Origin: Azolla caroliniana | Taxonomy: Eukaryota > Plantae > Polypodiophyta | Direction of reading: 5' to 3' | Assembly (NCBI GenBank): GCA_043228905.1 | Contig: JBHGNT010000002.1 | Location: forward strand, 5,642,001-5,706,000 | Length of the DNA: 64,000 nucleotides | In this document: positions 1 to 12,800 of the stretch, piece by piece | How positions within the stretch are numbered: the stretch's first letter is position 1 | Layout: each line of letters opens with the position of its first letter | The notes under the pieces: model-generated | Databases searched by the model: none | What the model was told of the DNA's origin: nothing | Seen by the model: only the letters and a program-made list of their open reading frames with translations | Position numbers and translations under genes: made by a program

Positions 1-1599
1 TATGGTATTTATCATTCTTTGAGGGTGTTTTTCTTACACGAATGCGAATGCACGTATGGTACGTATGGTTCATACTATGGTTTGGTTTACCTTTTCCTTA
101 ATTAGTTTGGTTTAAGTGACTTTCGCATTCATAAACTGTTTGGTCTAGTTATTGTTTTTTACAATTGGTTTGGTTCAGTTTGGTTTCGAGGCAAAGAAAC
201 TATACCAAACCAGGCGCATAGTTAGCCACATGTTGAGGAGTCAACTCCTCCATGTGGTGTGTTACATGTGAACATCCTCGCCTTCCACTCCCGTGGCAAT
301 GTCAATTCCAACGAGAGAGTCTAGGGTGAGTGTCTCACATTATTCGTTAACCACATGTCCCATGCCCATTCTATTTTTTCTGTTATCTTATTTTATTCAT
401 TTCGACTTGCATGTGCAAAATGCACACATGTGCCCCTCTTGCATGATTGTTCTCTCTTTTGAAACATGCCATGCTTTTCCTTCTCATAATCCTATTTGGA
501 AATTGGTTGTTTTCATCAAAAGTGTTTTCTTCCCTCAATTGGTTGCTTTAGGGAACATTTGTTGGTTGGTTGCCTGAGTGATTCCTTTTAAAATTCCATT
601 GCATGTTTCCTATAATGGGGAAATTCAACTAATGTGAGTGATTTCTATTGAAGTCCGAAAACTTGTTTTTGTTCCATACCCTGTTTGGGAATATCTAGCT
701 AAGTCAATCCACAACATTGGCAAAAAGGTCAATTTGTAAGATTTGATTCCCCAACCTGTAACTTACATAGCAAGAGAATATGAAACCATTAAGGCATCCA
801 TTGTGAAACCTTTTTTCTTCTATTTATATGAAAAATTAAAAGGGGCAGGAGATCATCGTCTTGTGTGGGTGGATGGATCACACATTGGCCCTTGGGCATG
901 AACTAGAAGGGGCCCTACACCTACTTTGGTCATGGATTATTCGTCTCCCTCAGACTCGATTTTTGCATTACTTATTCTCAAAAATAGCATGTTGTGATGA
1001 CATTCTTCAATCAGAGCTCATTGTGGCCTATCACAGAGGAGAATTGGCAAGAACACGACACCAATTAATTTGAGGTTCTAATTAATTGCTTTTGGTTCGA
1101 TGGTTGCCCTATAATTTACAACACAACATATGAGATGAGACCAAATGTCATATTGAACCGCACAAACAATAAGATCCCCCATACTAGAGGGAATCATGAG
1201 TTATGGTTGGGTTGTGGACGATGAAATGTTGGCATGATTTTGTATGCAATTATTGCTGATATGTTTTGGGTTGTGTATGTTTGCCTTCCTTTTTTCTTTT
1301 CTTTTTCTTATTTGTTTATACTACTTTAGTATTTTTTTATCTTTGGCTCGCCCGAAGGCTACAACTCACACGAACTCATGTTTTATTATCAGTACATAGT
1401 CCATCAGGGGGTGTACCGAATGGTATGAGTAAGATACATGCACAGGATGACCTCTAGGATATGATGAGACTCGCACCACGTTCCATCATGCAACATATTA
1501 CCTTCTTCATCGTTGAAACCATCATTGTTGTCACCGTCACCATCTTCGTCGTCGTCACTTACGAGCACAAACCGCCCTTTTTAGGTACCACATGTATGT

Positions 1600-1670
1600 T
1601 GGTGCGGGGAGATTCGAACCTCCAACCTAGCAGTTGGAGTGTCCCCCCATTACCATTACACCAACACATC
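1600..1670 (-). other. Degenerate tRNA-derived sequence (SINE-head or tRNA pseudogene-like)
   Basis: Minus strand reads TGGTGTAATGG (A box) ... GGTTCGAATC (B box) at tRNA spacing and ends ...CGCACCA; cloverleaf stems are imperfect. Confidence 0.5.
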
Positions 1671-3189
1671 ACGGGTATGTTTGCCTTCCTTTTTACATTG
1701 CATCTTCTTCTTGTATGTAGTTTATTAAGTCATTAAGGTTGAGAGTTTGATTAGAATTTGTGTGATGACAAAATTACTCAAAGAATTGAGTAGAGCACCC
1801 AACAATCATTAGAGTTTTTTTTATGAATGTTAATCCTTTGGGTAAGATAACTATATAGTTTCCTTTTCTATGTATTAATATGTTCAATCATTTCCATTGA
1901 CATTTATCATTTTTAATGCTAAAAGTGTATTTGGTGTAATAACTTGATTTCTATTGGTTTTTGGTTTCAATTCATTTTGTAGATCCATCCATATTTTCTG
2001 TGATATTTCAAAATTTTGAATGTGTCACCTTGTCAGTCGTCGAGATGTGACATCAACCAATACTTGCAACTTAAACCAAACTAAATCACGAAATCGTTTA
2101 AACCAATATCATTCAAATTAAACCATTATAGGAATTTCCAAGCACAAAACAAATAGTTCTAGAGATTTCAATGCCGACCAAATTATTGGCAACTCATTGA
2201 TTGTACACTTATTTTTTCAGATATATTTATTTTCAATTATTACGCATTTAATTTATATTGTTAAAGCCACTTAAATTCTTCAAATTTTTGATTAAGAAAT
2301 CAATAAGATACTTTATATTGATATTTAAACCACTAATTAAATATGAAGCATGACAATTCATCTAAACTTAAATATCTTGGAAAATATGAAAAAGCATGAG
2401 ATAAACATGAATGAAAAGAGGATGGAACTACAATGTTCAAAATTGGCAAGAAAACAAGGGCAATTAAACACACGATCTCATTTTAGCCATGATTTAGCAT
2501 TATCTTATTTCACTCAACATATGGTCCACTATATCATCCTCCACAACAATATCGTCACATCTATATCTATGTTATTGTATGCCTCATTGCATATACTTTG
2601 CTTCAAAAATAGCTTGATAATGTTGTGTAACGAAATGGAGAATGTGGGTGAACTTGTGTAGCGGAGGAAGGACTGTGTGTGTGTGTGTAGACAAACATAG
2701 AGAGGGAGAGAGAGAACTTAGAGACAGAGAACAAGAAGTTGTATATTAGCAAGAAGAGTAGTTACAACCAAAAATACATCCAACGACAACTTAGTTACAT
2801 TTAAAGAGTTGGTTTAAATACCAACTAACTTAGGGCAACTGCCCTTTCTAATATTTACAAAACTAGCCTAAATCTAGATTGTTCATTGCTAGTGTGAAAA
2901 CCATTGCATTGGGGAAGTTGGGTTTGATTCTCAACACGCCCCTTCAAACACAACTTTTAGTAGTCAGAAAGTTGTCTTGCTGTTTGGTTCATTTCGACTT
3001 TCTGAGTTCCTTGGGTTTGTGTCTGGATGGTTTGTCGAATCGACTTCGACTGTTCTCATTCGTCTTCAACTCCCCTTGTTGGATCGGCTTCCTACTTCGA
3101 TCGAATGATCAGTTGGCTCCTATGTTGTACTTGTTGGTGGTGTCATCGGTGGTGTTGTACTCCCCCTCAAGCTTGACAATGTGGCTATC

Positions 3190-5231
3190 GTTAGACCAAG
3201 GTCTAACATGAATTGCTAGAGCTTGTCGACTCCTAAGGCTTTCGTGAAGATGTCGGCTACCTAAAGGTGTTGATGTGGTGTAGGTCGACATCTCTAGCCT
3301 GAACGCGCTATCAGATGAAGTGATAGTGCACTTTGATATGCGTCATGTGCGCGTGGAACACCAAGTTCCAAGCTAGATAAATATTGCTCATGTTGTCACA
3401 GTAAAGCAAAATCGGATCCTTGATGGGAACACCCAGATCCTTCGATATTCTTTTTAACCAAATGACTTCACGTGTAGCCATGGTCGTGCCCCTATATTCA
3501 GCTTTTGTGGTCAATAGAGGGACTATCGATTGCTTCTTGCTACTCCATGAGATAGCTCCGCTGCCAAGGGAGAAGATAAACCCTGAGGTCGGTCGTGTAT
3601 TGGCATTATAACCGGCCCAATCTGCATCTGTGTACCCTTCCAATCAAACGATCGTGTCTGACTTATACAGGATGTTGTAATCCCTCGTCCCACTAAATAG
3701 CGCAATCCAGAATATCCTGAGGTTTCTGCATGAATTGTCTAAGTAGACCAACCAAATAGTTGAGGTTGGGTCGTGTGATGATAAGATAGATTAATTTACC
3801 GATTAGCTGACCATACTGAGTCAGCTCCCACTCTTCTGTTCTAGAGTCGGCATCGAGTTTTAGGTTTCGATCGAGAGGGTTTAACACAGGTTTGCACTCA
3901 ATCATCTCGAACTTGTACAACAAGTTGAGGAGATAGTGCCTTTGGGAGATCATGATCCCGACTAGAGTCCGAATTACTTCTATATATCGAGGAAGTAATG
4001 AAGCTCCTGCATATCTTTCATTTCAAATCTACCAAATAGGAGTGTTTTGACTTTATTGACGCCGGCTAAATCTTTCCTCCGATGAACAAATCATCTAAGT
4101 ATAGGATGATGACGATTGGGCTATCAGAATGTCTTCTTACGTAGAGGGAGTTGTCTGATTTCAACATTTAGAAGCTGATTTGGTGAAGATACTAAGCAAT
4201 CTTCGAGTGCCAAGCATGTGGTGCTTGCTTGAGTCCGTAAAACGACTTCTTGAGTCATCAGATTGTAGTCGGATGGTTGGTCGATTCAAAACCAGGTGGT
4301 TGAATAATGAAGATCTCCTCTTCTAATTCGCCTTGAAGAAAGGCATTCTTCATGTCCATTTGATGGAGGTGCCACCCTTTACCAACAATGAGTGCAATGA
4401 TTATCCGCACAGTCATAATCTTTGCCACCGGGGCAAAGGTCTCCTCGTAGTTGACTCCGTATGTTTACGCGTATCCTTTTTCTACGAGTCGTGCCTTGTA
4501 GCGATTTACCGAACCGTTGGCATAATATTTTACCTAGTAGATCCATCTGCAACTAATCACTTTCTTGTGTGGTGAGTGGGGGATGAGATCCCACGTCTTG
4601 TTTTTGCATAGTGCCTGCATTTCCTCGTTCATGGCTTCCACCCATCGTGGATCCTTGGCTACTTCAGAAAAGGTTTCTGATTCTCGGACTATCATCACCT
4701 TCATCATAAAGGCATAGTGATATGCCATGTAATCATCGTAGCCGAATCGGCTAACTGGATTTTTCTCTCGTGTGGAGCGACAGAGTTTCTTGTTTGCGGT
4801 GGCTATGACTTTCTTTACTCCATTCGTTTGGATAATCGGCGCATCAACGACATCGAACTCAATATCGAGTGAGTGAGTCAATTCGTTGTCATCCGGATCT
4901 TTGTACTTCAACATTTTGGCCTTTCCTTTATCAATCTTTGGACTCGGCCGAGATGTGCTTTGATCGCTTTGAGGCTCTTTAGTTCACTCAACTTGGTCGT
5001 AGTTGGACTTTCTTTGAACATGTGCACCTCAATTGATTGTCCTCTTCTATCTCCTGGTTGGCCAAGTTCGGTTCGACTGGAGTTTGAGTCGTCTCTGGTT
5101 CATACCATGATGCCGACTCATCGAAGACGACGTCTCATATCACTCGAACTTTTTGGGTGGATGGATTATACCACCTGTACCCTTTTGTTCGAGTGAGTAC
5201 CCTACAAGGATACATTTCTCTGGCTTAGGAT
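3190..5231 (-). pseudogene. Copia A integrase C-terminus / RT / RNase H remnants
   Basis: Fragments EGYTDADWAG...GSGAISWSSKKQ...LYCDN...HIKVHYHFI and PRWVEAMNEEMQALCKNKTWDL; many stops and frameshifts. Confidence 0.9.
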
Positions 5232-7063
5232 TTCACGAAATGAAGCGGGACCACCGGAGTCCTGGACCGGAAGGATTCGATGTTTTTAGCAACGTAAGTG
5301 AGAAAGTATTGAAGATAAATAGATGGATGAAGAGAGAGATAGAGATAGAGATAGAGATTGAACCCTTGACTTTAGTTTTACGAGACAAGATACATCACCA
5401 CTAGGATAACTCGGATCTTTGATTAAAAGTTTCGTTTTTACTTACATCACTTGCCTCCCTTACGCAAGCCCAACTATAGGCTTTTATAGGTCTCTCCATG
5501 CAAAAACCATGGCCTAAACCCACGGGCTAAAACCATGGGTTAAAACCACAAGCCGAAACCATGGGCTAAAACCATGGTTTTGTGACCATGGTTTCTATAT
5601 GTTTGCTTCCTACGAAATACTGAATATGAAAAGAAAATATAGAAATTTTAAAGCACTTAGTAGTGGCTTTAGTGGTAAGTTAATTTGTCTCCTATCTTGG
5701 AGGTGCAAGGTTGAAGCCTTGCTTCCTGTTAAGAATTAGGTAAGTAATTAAGCAAGGGTTAATTAGTACCTAATTATGTGATTAGTTGACAAGCGGAAGA
5801 TTAAGTGATATGTGTCTGTATGTGTGAGAGAGGAAGATAACACTTATGAACAACACAAGATGGGGGATGAGTAACTATATTAAATTAGCATTATCATCAT
5901 CAAATACAAAAATACCTACAATGAGGTAAATATAGATTTCATGTGCAAGGGTGCACATGTGTGAGGATAATATAGGTACAAAGGTGTAAGTTCTATATTA
6001 AATGTAGTTAGGAGTGGAGGATCTAGAGTATCGCACTTAAGTACAAGGTCCTATTTAATGCGTTATAGTCAACACTTCTGACTAGATTCTATCTAGGTAA
6101 CTACGAAGTTACATGGTTGACTAAATAACTAACTCTAGTTGAGCTTGATCTCTCAACACACCCCATCAAGCTCAAGTACAGGGCATCTGATGTCCGCTTT
6201 GGCTTTCGACATTTGAATCTTCGATTAGGTTGAATCGGCTTCGGCTTTGGATGGCCGGTATTGTTTCTTTTGGCGTCGACTTTTTTGTGGCAATTTCGGT
6301 TCCTCCCCCTCAAGCCTGTGATGAAGGCTTGTCGTGCGAAATCGGCTGACTGCTTTCACCCATCGTGGGTTACAAGCCACTTTTGTAAAGCTCTTGGGCT
6401 CTTGTTCGGCCGCTACCTTCATCACGAAAGCGTAATGATGGGCCATATACTCGTTGTAGCCGAGCCGAGCGACGGGATTCTTCTCTCTAGAAGAGCGTCA
6501 AAGTTTTTTGCTCGCCAATGTGAGCGCCTTCTTTACTTCGGGTGTACGCATGATGGGTACACTGACCTCATTGTCTAGTGAGGGAGCCAACACATCTGAA
6601 TCATTGTCGTCGGGGTGGTCGACTTCGTATTCGGGCATCTTATCTTTGCCTTTGTCCAAGTTCGTACTTGGCCGTGACGTGCTTGGGTCGCGTGGGGGCT
6701 CAAGTGGCCCATTAGGCCTTGCCATAATCGGGCTTTCTTCGAACATATGTTCGAAGCGATCTCCATCTTCTACCTCTTGTTCGGCGGATTCCGGGTCAAG
6801 CGGAGTTGGAGTCGAAGTTGTCTCTAGTGCATACCAGGATGTAGACTCGTCGAAGACTACATTTCGACTTACCCAAACCGCGCAGGTAGAAGGGTTGTAG
6901 CACTTGTATGCCTTCTTCTCGGACGAGTATCCTATGAGGATACATTCCTCCGACTTCGCGTCGGGCTTCTGTCAATTTTCGTTCGGGATGCGTACATTTG
7001 CAATCCTTTCGAACACCATGAGGTGCAACAAGATCGGCTTCTTTCTGATGAGGAGCTTGTATG

Positions 7064-7420
7064 TGTTGGGAAACAGGTCCCTCCGGATGGGAAGTGAGAA
7101 GAATAGTGTTGATGAGCAAACTCAGCCGAGGCCGATCGGCCTCGGCCGAAACCGGATGTGGAGTACCCGGCTACGGAAGACCCGGTGAGAACTGGATGAC
7201 GAGTACCCGTCAAGAGCCGGATGGTGAAGGCCCGGTGAGAAGTGCTCACCGGATGAAGGGACATATTCGTAAATATGTTTTCTGAGAGTCCATCGGGGCT
7301 ATATTTGTAAATAGCCGAAAAGTCATATTAGTATAAATATGACTTAGGGCAAACTTAGTGGTATTGCAGTTGTCATTTCTTGTTGGTGCAAGATTTGAGT
7401 GCGTAACTGTGTACACACAC

Positions 7421-7466
<46 letters not shown>

Positions 7467-7738
7467 GAAGAGGTCGTTGCCTCTGTTGTAACCGCCGCCT
7501 GTGGCAAAGATAGCAAGCTCGAGGTCATTGCCTCGGTGCTTTACTATTGTACATTGTGATATAGTGATAGTTTGCAGTTTGTGGGCTGCCGTGGTTTTTC
7601 CCTAGTTTGGGTTTTCCACGTTAACATCTTGTGTACTCTTCTCTTCACTGTGTCGTGCGTACCTTACCCGTTTTCTGTGTTTGATCCTAGACTTGGTTGT
7701 GGCCAAGCGTTGTGCTTAGGGAGCGTGTATTCATGTCA
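7064..7738 (+). mobile_element. Copia solo LTR F (same LTR family as K, L, O)
   Basis: TGTTGGGAAAC...TGTCA; TSD GTATG (7059-7063, 7739-7743); removing it restores the C integrase frame ELTPY|KLLIRKKP; (GA)n tract. Confidence 0.9.
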
Positions 7739-9845
7739 GTATGGAGTTAGCTCATGCACTCCATTAGTGGTGCACCGGTTCATGAGATAGTCGGCCATGG
7801 ATGCTGCGTCGGCCCAATAGAAGTTCGGCATGTGCTTCTCATGCATCATGGTGCGTGCTACCTCGAGTATTTGCTGAATCTTCCTTTTGGCTACTCCATT
7901 TTGTTGGGGTGTGTGTCGGCATTCGAATTCTCTCCGAATGCCGTCACTTTGGAGGTAGGAGATGAATTCGTCGAAGAAGTACTCCTTCCCTCCATCCGAT
8001 TGTAGGCATTGAATGTGCCGACCGGTTTCTTTTTCGACTTGCCCCTTGAGCTTTTGGAAGTGGGAGAACACTTCGCTTTTCTTCTTCATCGGGTAGATCC
8101 ACGCGTAGCGCAAGTAGTCGCCGATGAAGGTTACATAGTATCGGCATCCGCCGATCGTCGGCATTTGAGCCGGTCCCCATACATCTGAGTATATGATGTC
8201 GAGGAGGCCTTTGCTCGCATGGCTCTCCTTCGGGAATGGGAGTCGATGTTGTTTGCTGAGTTGACACGCTTCGCATACTCGGTCGACTCATTTCGACTTG
8301 AATGCCGGAAGTCCGATGACAACTCCCTTGGTTTGCATGGCTCGAAGCCGTTGGAGGTTTATGTGGCCGATTCTCTTGTGCCATAACTCGATGCTTGTCT
8401 CGGTTTTGAGGCCTTTGACATACATGGCCGATTTCACCTTGTTCGAATCGAGGATGAACATGCGACCGTCTCTCCGTCCCTTGGATATGAGTCGGCCATC
8501 TTTCTCGATGAAACAAACTTCGTTATTGAAGCGGACTTGCATGCCTTGCTCCACGATTGGGCCAACCGAGACCAAATTCTTCGTTATTGTGGGCACGTGC
8601 AAGACATTCTTGATGCAAGTTTGCTCACCTTCTTTCTCGAATGGGACATTGCCGATGTGCCGAATGGGATGTGTGGTGTCGTCTCTTGTCTCTATGAAGT
8701 CGGGTCGATCCGGTGTACGCAAGTCATTGAACCACTCTTTGTGGGATGTCATGTGATATGAGGCGCCGGAATCGACGAACCACACGTCTTCCGAATTGGA
8801 GGTGCTTGCGGAGTCGGAGGCTGTCATAGAGTTCGCTCTATGCCTCATTACGAATTGTCCTCCGTAGTCGTCGTATTCGGAGTTGGTGGCGTAGTTTGTG
8901 AGTTGTCGACTTGTTGAAGCCGACTCACTTCTCTTTTTCTGACACTCCGCCTCGTAGTGACCGATTTTACCGCAATAATTGCAAGTTGCGGGTCTCGTTT
9001 GCCGACCATGTTCGGCGTGGAAGCTCCCCCTTCTTCCGAAGGTTCCTTGATGGCTTCCGTTGTCGTGCCTTTCGGTGCCGGATCGTTTGCGTGAGTCGGG
9101 TGGGAACCCCTGAGGTTTTGGACTAGGAGAAAGAAGAATATGAGATAATGTTAGTTAGGAAAAGATTGCAAGAAGAAGATATGAAAATCGTGAATCCCAC
9201 GAGTATGTGTATTAATTGATACTTAGATTGTAAGAGAGAAATAGATGGCAAAATCGTGAATCCCACGAATATTTTATATTAATCAAACCTTATAAAAATC
9301 AACAACCATGTACATCTTTTCTCTGTTCGTTATATAGTGATGGAAGAGACTAAACATTGCATCATATTCTTTCCTAAAGTGTTCATGCACACTAGATGTG
9401 CATGAGTTTCCTTTTTCAACCATGCTTTTTTATTTCCTAAATATAGTGCTCATGCACACTAGATGTGCACGAGTAATTGGCTTGCGTTTTTCTTCTGAAT
9501 AAAGTTTTCACGCACTCTAAAAGTGCATGATTTACTTTTTTGTAAAAATAGGCATAAATATAACTATGATATCTATTACATCTATATTTAGATCACTTAT
9601 GATAAGTTAGTACAATGGTAAAGTTTGGGTTTGTTTACATGGAGGTATAGGGTTTGAATCTTGCCCTATGCATCTAACAATATTTTTAATATTTTCTTTT
9701 ATTTATTTATGCGTACTTAATCCGGATATATATATATATATATATATTTATTTACATATTTCACGTAGTGTGTGAATTACACTACGACACTCACCCCCTC
9801 CGAACCCGCACATCCTCCGGTATGTGCCGAAGTTCTCGATGCTTG

Positions 9846-12800
9846 TTATTCGCCTTCATCAGTAGCACTCTCCAATTCTCCCCTTATGTTGATTATCAAT
9901 TGTAGTCCACTTTCTTCACTTTCTGCAACATCGCGATCTTTGTCCGATTGTTCCTTGTTGTCGGTCTTGTCTAAGCTTACATAAGGTTCTTCGTTAGTCC
10001 GCTTCTTGAACATCTTCACTCGTTTCCCCGCTATAGGCACCCGTAGTACTGTTCCATCCAACTCGCATAGTCGGTAAGTTCCGTTGTCGAAAACTTTCTG
10101 AACCTCGTATGGCCCGAACCACCTTTTAGCAAACTTCCATATCGTTGTATGTTGATGATCTAAACTACTGTCATAGACAATCACCCAATCTCCTTCTTCA
10201 ATCTTCCGTGGTCGTAGTTGATGCTTTGTGTCGAATCGACTTTTGTTCCATAATCGCGCTTCCTGTTGTTGGCGTGTTGCTTCTGCTATGTCTTCTAGTC
10301 TTCCCTCTAGTTGTCGTATCCGGACCGCTAGCAGTTCTTCCCGACTCATTTCTTCCTTCCATAGTAGCACTGTCCATGTTGCAATTGCAATTTTTGTCTA
10401 CATTACCGGTGCTTGTCCGGTCATAAGTTCGGTTGGCATATAACTGGTCACGAAACTATGCGTCGTGTGATCCGCCCATAGTGCATATGGAAGCATCTAC
10501 GGCCAATACTTCACCCTTCCATCGCATGCTTTTGCAAGTGCTTTGACGATCATTGGACTATGTCCTTGTTCGACCTTCCCGTTGGCTTCCAGATTGTATG
10601 CCGTGGTTAGTGTTAACTGTACTCCATGTCTTACGAAGAATTCCCTAGCTTTATCAGTGTCAAGTTCTCCCCGATCCGCAATCACTTGTCTAAAGTACCC
10701 GTACCTGCAGAACACTTCTTCCAAGAGAAATTGGCATACCGCGGAACATGTTTTCCTCCGTAGTGCCCGTCCTTCTACTTGGTTTGTTAGATCTTCCCGA
10801 GCTAACACCAAGTACTTCTTTTGTTTGATCCCGGTTGGCATGGCCACAATGTCGACCATCCATTTGAAGTTGATTGTCGGTGAGAATGTCGGATGTAATT
10901 CATCTCGGTGTTGAACTCCGGAGTAGATTTGACATTTCTCACAGCTTTCCGTGAACTCCGCTACATTTTTGTACATATTCTTCCACCAATATTTTTGTTT
11001 GATCTTCACAAATGTTGCCCATGTTCCCCGATGTCCAGCCCAATCAGATTCGTGAAATTCGGACATTATCCGGTTTTGTTGCTCTTTTGTTCCGACTACC
11101 TGTAGTGGTATACCTTTCGGTCTTTTCGGCTTCCTCCAGATTAATCCGTTGTTCAAGAAAAACTTTTGGATTTGCCGCTTCTTACTTTGGATCTCAACTC
11201 TCTTTTCTTTATTACCCGATGATTCCTCGATTTCTTGTGGCACTTTCCCGATCAACAAACTTTCTCCCTCGTATTCTTCTTCCCGGAATTCTCGGATTAC
11301 GTTCACCCGGCATATGTGCTCCGAAGTAAAGTAGTTTTCGGAAACTTCTTCATTATCGGATTCGGCTATGTCGTCTCCGAACTGTGCCCTTGATAACATA
11401 TCCGCTACCACGTTGTCTTTTCCGAAGATGTGTCATATCTCCGGATTAAGTGACTTTACATATGCAATCCATCTGAGCATAGCCACATCCGGTATCGTGC
11501 AACACTGCATCATCCCGGGTATCGGAAGACAATTCATTTCAATCACCACTTCGGCTCCAATCAAGTAATCTCGATCTGATTTTATTGCCAACACGACTCC
11601 CCATAATTCTCTTTTAACTTGTGCATACTTGCGTTGCCTTTCATTGAGAACCTTTGCTCCGAATCGGATCGGATATCGTGAACCATCCAAATTGGCTTGA
11701 TTGATGACCCATCTGATCCCGGTTGGACTTGTATCAACCGTTACTATAATCGGTCGGTCATAGTTCGGCTTCTTAAGTGCTTCTACCCTCTGTAGTGATT
11801 TCTTGAGCTTCTTCACGGCTTTGCTTTGGTATGTTCCGGTTTCCATTCAAACTTCTTTCCCTTCTGCAACAAGTGATAGAGTGGGTCCGCAATGTGTGCA
11901 TAGTGCGGAATCCATATGTGGTAGAATGCACATGCCCCAAGAAATCTACGGACTTCGGATTGTGACTCGCATATTTCTTTCATAGCTTGAATCGCATCGA
12001 TCTTGACTGGCAACGGTCTTCGGTTGTAGGGCCCACATAGATGTCCGACTACCAATATCTCTTCTTGTCTGAATGCCGATTTCTCTCCGGAGAGTGTTAG
12101 GTGCACATCTTCTAACTTCCGTAACACTTTCTCGCAATCACGAATATGGTCGACTACGAACTTTCAGCATCCTCGATCATCCATAGTCTCATCTTTTTCT
12201 TCCACCGCACATCCTTTTATCGGAATGTCATCTAGGAATGGCATCGTTATCTTTGGAATGCAGACCTGAAGCACCTTGTTCATCGCATTCATCATATGTG
12301 CGTCCGAGTTTGTCGCGCCTTATGGTAGCGTGCACATCTGGACCAATCCTATCGGTGTTTGCATGGTAGTGATGTCTCGGCTCTCCACGACTAGTTGGAA
12401 TTGGTCATACCTGGAGTATAGGTCTCCGATGGAGTATATCGCACGACCGACAAACGCTTCCGCAAATTCGTTCACTATCGGATCGACTCTGGAGTTCCGG
12501 ATCGTGACCTTGTTCACCAGTTGCAAATCTTGAATAAATCGGAGTGACCCATTGTTCTTCAGAACCATAAACCATCAATTTGAGTATGGAGTGTTGGATG
12601 GCTCTAGAATCCCCATCGCCACCTTCTCCTTGAGCAAGTCAATGATTTTCAGAATAAGTGCCCGTGGCACCAGAATCGTCTTCAGGTTCCACGACACATG
12701 ATCAATTGTGAGGATCACCATCGGTTCCACTATCTTCGGGTCAACACACCCTATCTCTTTCGATGTGAATGCAAATGCTATTCCATGCTGCTCCAACATC

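Noticed and set aside
30-60. ACGAATGCGAATG resembling the TIR end at 21952-21968
   Set aside because: Short match with no partner TIR in the window
9606-9672. Functional tRNA genes in the LTRs
   Set aside because: Acceptor and anticodon stems do not pair; treated as tRNA-like promoter modules only
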